Source: Anaeramoeba ignava BMAN
Taxonomy: Eukaryota > Protista > Anaeramoebae
Length of the DNA: 64,000 nt
Assembly: GCA_028826165.1 (NCBI GenBank)
Contig: JAPDFW010000125.1
Span: 806,001 to 870,000, forward strand
Reading direction: 5' to 3'
This document shows, piece after piece, positions 61,598 through 64,000 of this stretch. Under the pieces are notes generated by a model that searched no databases, was not told where the DNA came from, and saw only the letters and a list, made by a program, of their open reading frames with translations. Position numbers and translations under genes: made by a program. How positions within the stretch are numbered: position 1 is the stretch's first letter; each line of letters opens with the position of its first letter.

Positions 61598-61789
61598 TTT
61601 AAAAAATGAAAAATGAAAAATGAAAAAATGAAAAATGAAAAAAAAATAAAAAACAAATTTGACATTGATTAAACAAGAAAAAAATAATAAAAATTATTTT
61701 TTTTAGGGATTTTTTATTTAATCAAAAAAATTTCAAAAAAAGAAGAAGAAAATGGAAAAATTTTGTTTTTTGAAAAGCAAAAAAATTTG

Positions 61790-64000
61790 TTAATTATTTG
61801 ATAAAAAAGAAAATCGATTATCATGTCTAAATTGATAAGGAACTTGAATTCTATCCCAATTTTCAATAGAAATTGAAGAAAAATCAATATTTAAAGGATA
61901 AACAAAACTTTGTTCTTTTTCTAAAGGAATTTCTTTTTCATTTTGTTTAGAATCAGCAAATTGAGAAAAAAGCTTTAATTTATCTTTAGAAATTTGTTCT
62001 GAATCAATTCTAAAAAAATAAATAAATTTTGAATATAAATTTTAAATAAATTTTAAATAAATTTTTAAATAAATTTTAAATAAATTTTGAATATAAATTT
62101 TAAATAAATTTTGAATATAAATTTTAAATAAATTTTAAATAAAAAAGTGGAATAAATTTTATATAAATTTTTAAATAAATTTTTAATAAATTTTTAAATA
62201 AATTTTGAATAAATTTTAAATAAATTTTAAATAAAAAAGTGGAATAAATTTTTAAATAAATTTTAAATAAATTTTAAATAAATTTTTGAATAAATAAATT
62301 TTGAATAAAAAAGTGGAATAAATTTTAAATAATTTTTGAATAAAATTTAAATAAATTTTGAATATAAATTTTAAATAAAAAAGTGGAATAAATTTTAAAT
62401 AAATTTTAAATAAAAAAGTGGAATAAAAAATTTTTTCTTTTATTTTATAATTTACTCATCTGGTGTGAAATTTGTTAATAATTCAGTAATTTGATGAAAT
62501 GTAAGATTTGGACAAATTGATTCACAAATTTCAAATTTTGGTTTATCTTCAATAATTGCTTTATTCATAACAAGACAATCAGCAGATTGTCTAATATGAG
62601 ATAATTGCTCTCTATTTTATAAATTATAATTTTGATTTTGATTTTGATTTTAATTTTGATTTTCAATTTTGATTTTTATTTTGATTTTGATTTTGATTTT
62701 GATTTTGATTTTGATTTTGATTTTGATTTTGATTTTGATTTTGATTTTGATTTTGATTTTGATTTTGATTTTAATTTGAATTTTAATTTTGGTTTTAATT
62801 TTGATTTGAATTTTAATTTTAATTTGAATTTTGATTTTATTTGAATTTTGATTTTATTTTGATTTTGATTTTAATTTTGATTTTCAATTTGATTTTGATT
62901 TTGATTTTAATTTTGATTTTCAATTTGATTTTGATTTTGGTTTTAATTTTGATTTGAATTTTAATTTTAATTTGAATTTTGATTTTATTTTGATTTTGAT
63001 TTTAATTTTGATTTTGATTTTGATTTTGATTTTGATTTTAAATTGGATTTTGATTTTGATTTTGATTTTGATTTTGATTTTGATTTTGATTTTAATTTTG
63101 ATTTTAATTTTGATTTTAATTTTAATTTTAATTTTAATTTTAATTTTAATTTTAAATTTTGATTTTGATTTTAATTTTGATTTTGATTTTGATTTTAATT
63201 TTGATTTGGATTTTAATTTTGATTTTCATTTTAAATTAAGTTTTAAATGATTTTTAAATTAATTTTAAATTGAATTGAAAAAAAAAAATACTTTTGAGAA
63301 TCAAAACCAGCAGTATCAATCCATTGCTCAAGTTGAGAAATTGCTATTTTAATTTCTAAAGCATTACTTAAAGTGCAAAGATCTTTTCTTGAAAGTAAAG
63401 TATTAAAAAGTAGAGTATCGATAAAATATAAAGTCTGTTTAAGAAGAGAAGTAATTAAATCATTAGGTAAATGAAAAGAACGAGGAAGAGAAAGAAGTCT
63501 ATAAAGTTCATGAATAACTTTCAAAGGCGTATTTTCAGAAACAGAAGTTTTTGGATTGCGAATTCCAAGATTTTTGTTTGAAGATTGTTCAAGAAAAGCT
63601 TTAACACAAATGGGTCGAATTTTTTCAGTTGTGAAATCAACAAGTAAAGTGAAAATATGAAGGAAAACGAGATTGAGTTGGTTGTAGAAATTTGATTTTA
63701 AATCTAAATTGGAATCATTTATAGAAATTTCATCGTTTGAATTATTTGAATTATTAGGTTCTTCAAGTTGATTTTCTGCTTTTGGATCAACTTTCTCAAT
63801 TTTAACCAATAAATTCATAATGAATAATATATTTGATATAAACCATAATAATTGATGAGGTTCTTCTCGATTTTTTTCAACAAGAAGATTAAACGAATTG
63901 ACGATATGCTCTAAAAGATAAGAGCGTTCAGGATCATCGAATGCCTTTTGGTACTTCAAAAACTTGAATATTAAACAAGCAGGAACAGGAGATGTGTTTG
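61790..64000 (-). CDS. Dilute (DIL) domain protein, 3' part (myosin V/XI-type cargo-binding tail); 5' end outside window
   Basis: Exons >64000-63292, 62611-62456, 62009-61790. Motifs PVPACLIFKFL, FIDTLLFNTLLSRKDLCTLSNALEIKIAISQLEQW, LSHIRQSADCLVMNK, ICPNLTFHQI, FTPDE. Confidence 0.85.
62630..63230. repeat. Intronic (GATTTT/AATTTT)n hexamer repeat
   Basis: Fills a DIL-gene intron and explains spurious ORFs 62632-62844 and 62954-63250. Confidence 0.9.

Overview
Extremely AT-rich, gene-dense eukaryotic DNA with standard genetic code and GT-AG spliceosomal introns. The BTB-TLDc expansions, Asn/Gln microsatellite-filled proteins and TCATTTT initiator-like motifs suggest an anaerobic protist such as Anaeramoeba (inference only). 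I can support 17 protein-coding genes and one tRNA-Val(CAC). Conserved genes: transportin, SERRATE/Ars2, CENP-M-like (absent from the ORF track), HIT hydrolase, CARMIL-like, WDR11, CDK12/9-type kinase, TRIP12/UFD4 HECT ligase, RTF2, M1AP-like and a DIL-domain protein. Also present: two BTB-TLDc genes, a coiled-coil gene and a weak kleisin candidate. The top finding is a BTB/coiled-coil/Armadillo gene (50954-55965, minus strand). Its ARM solenoid is built from 8 tandem ~298-bp exon+intron cassettes, one repeat per symmetric phase-1 exon, with near-identical introns and scaffold but hypervariable residues at the ARM peptide-binding positions. This is a candidate exon-shuffled, diversifying recognition/ubiquitylation system. 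Also notable: a Crinkler-type NTPase+nuclease gene interrupted by a 965-bp TIR element (ATT target duplication) whose TIR offers an in-frame rescue splice acceptor; both conflict-type genes sit between two pieces of a locus-specific tandem array; and unrelated intergenic arrays all have 143-155-bp units. All homology calls are by eye and no searches were run.
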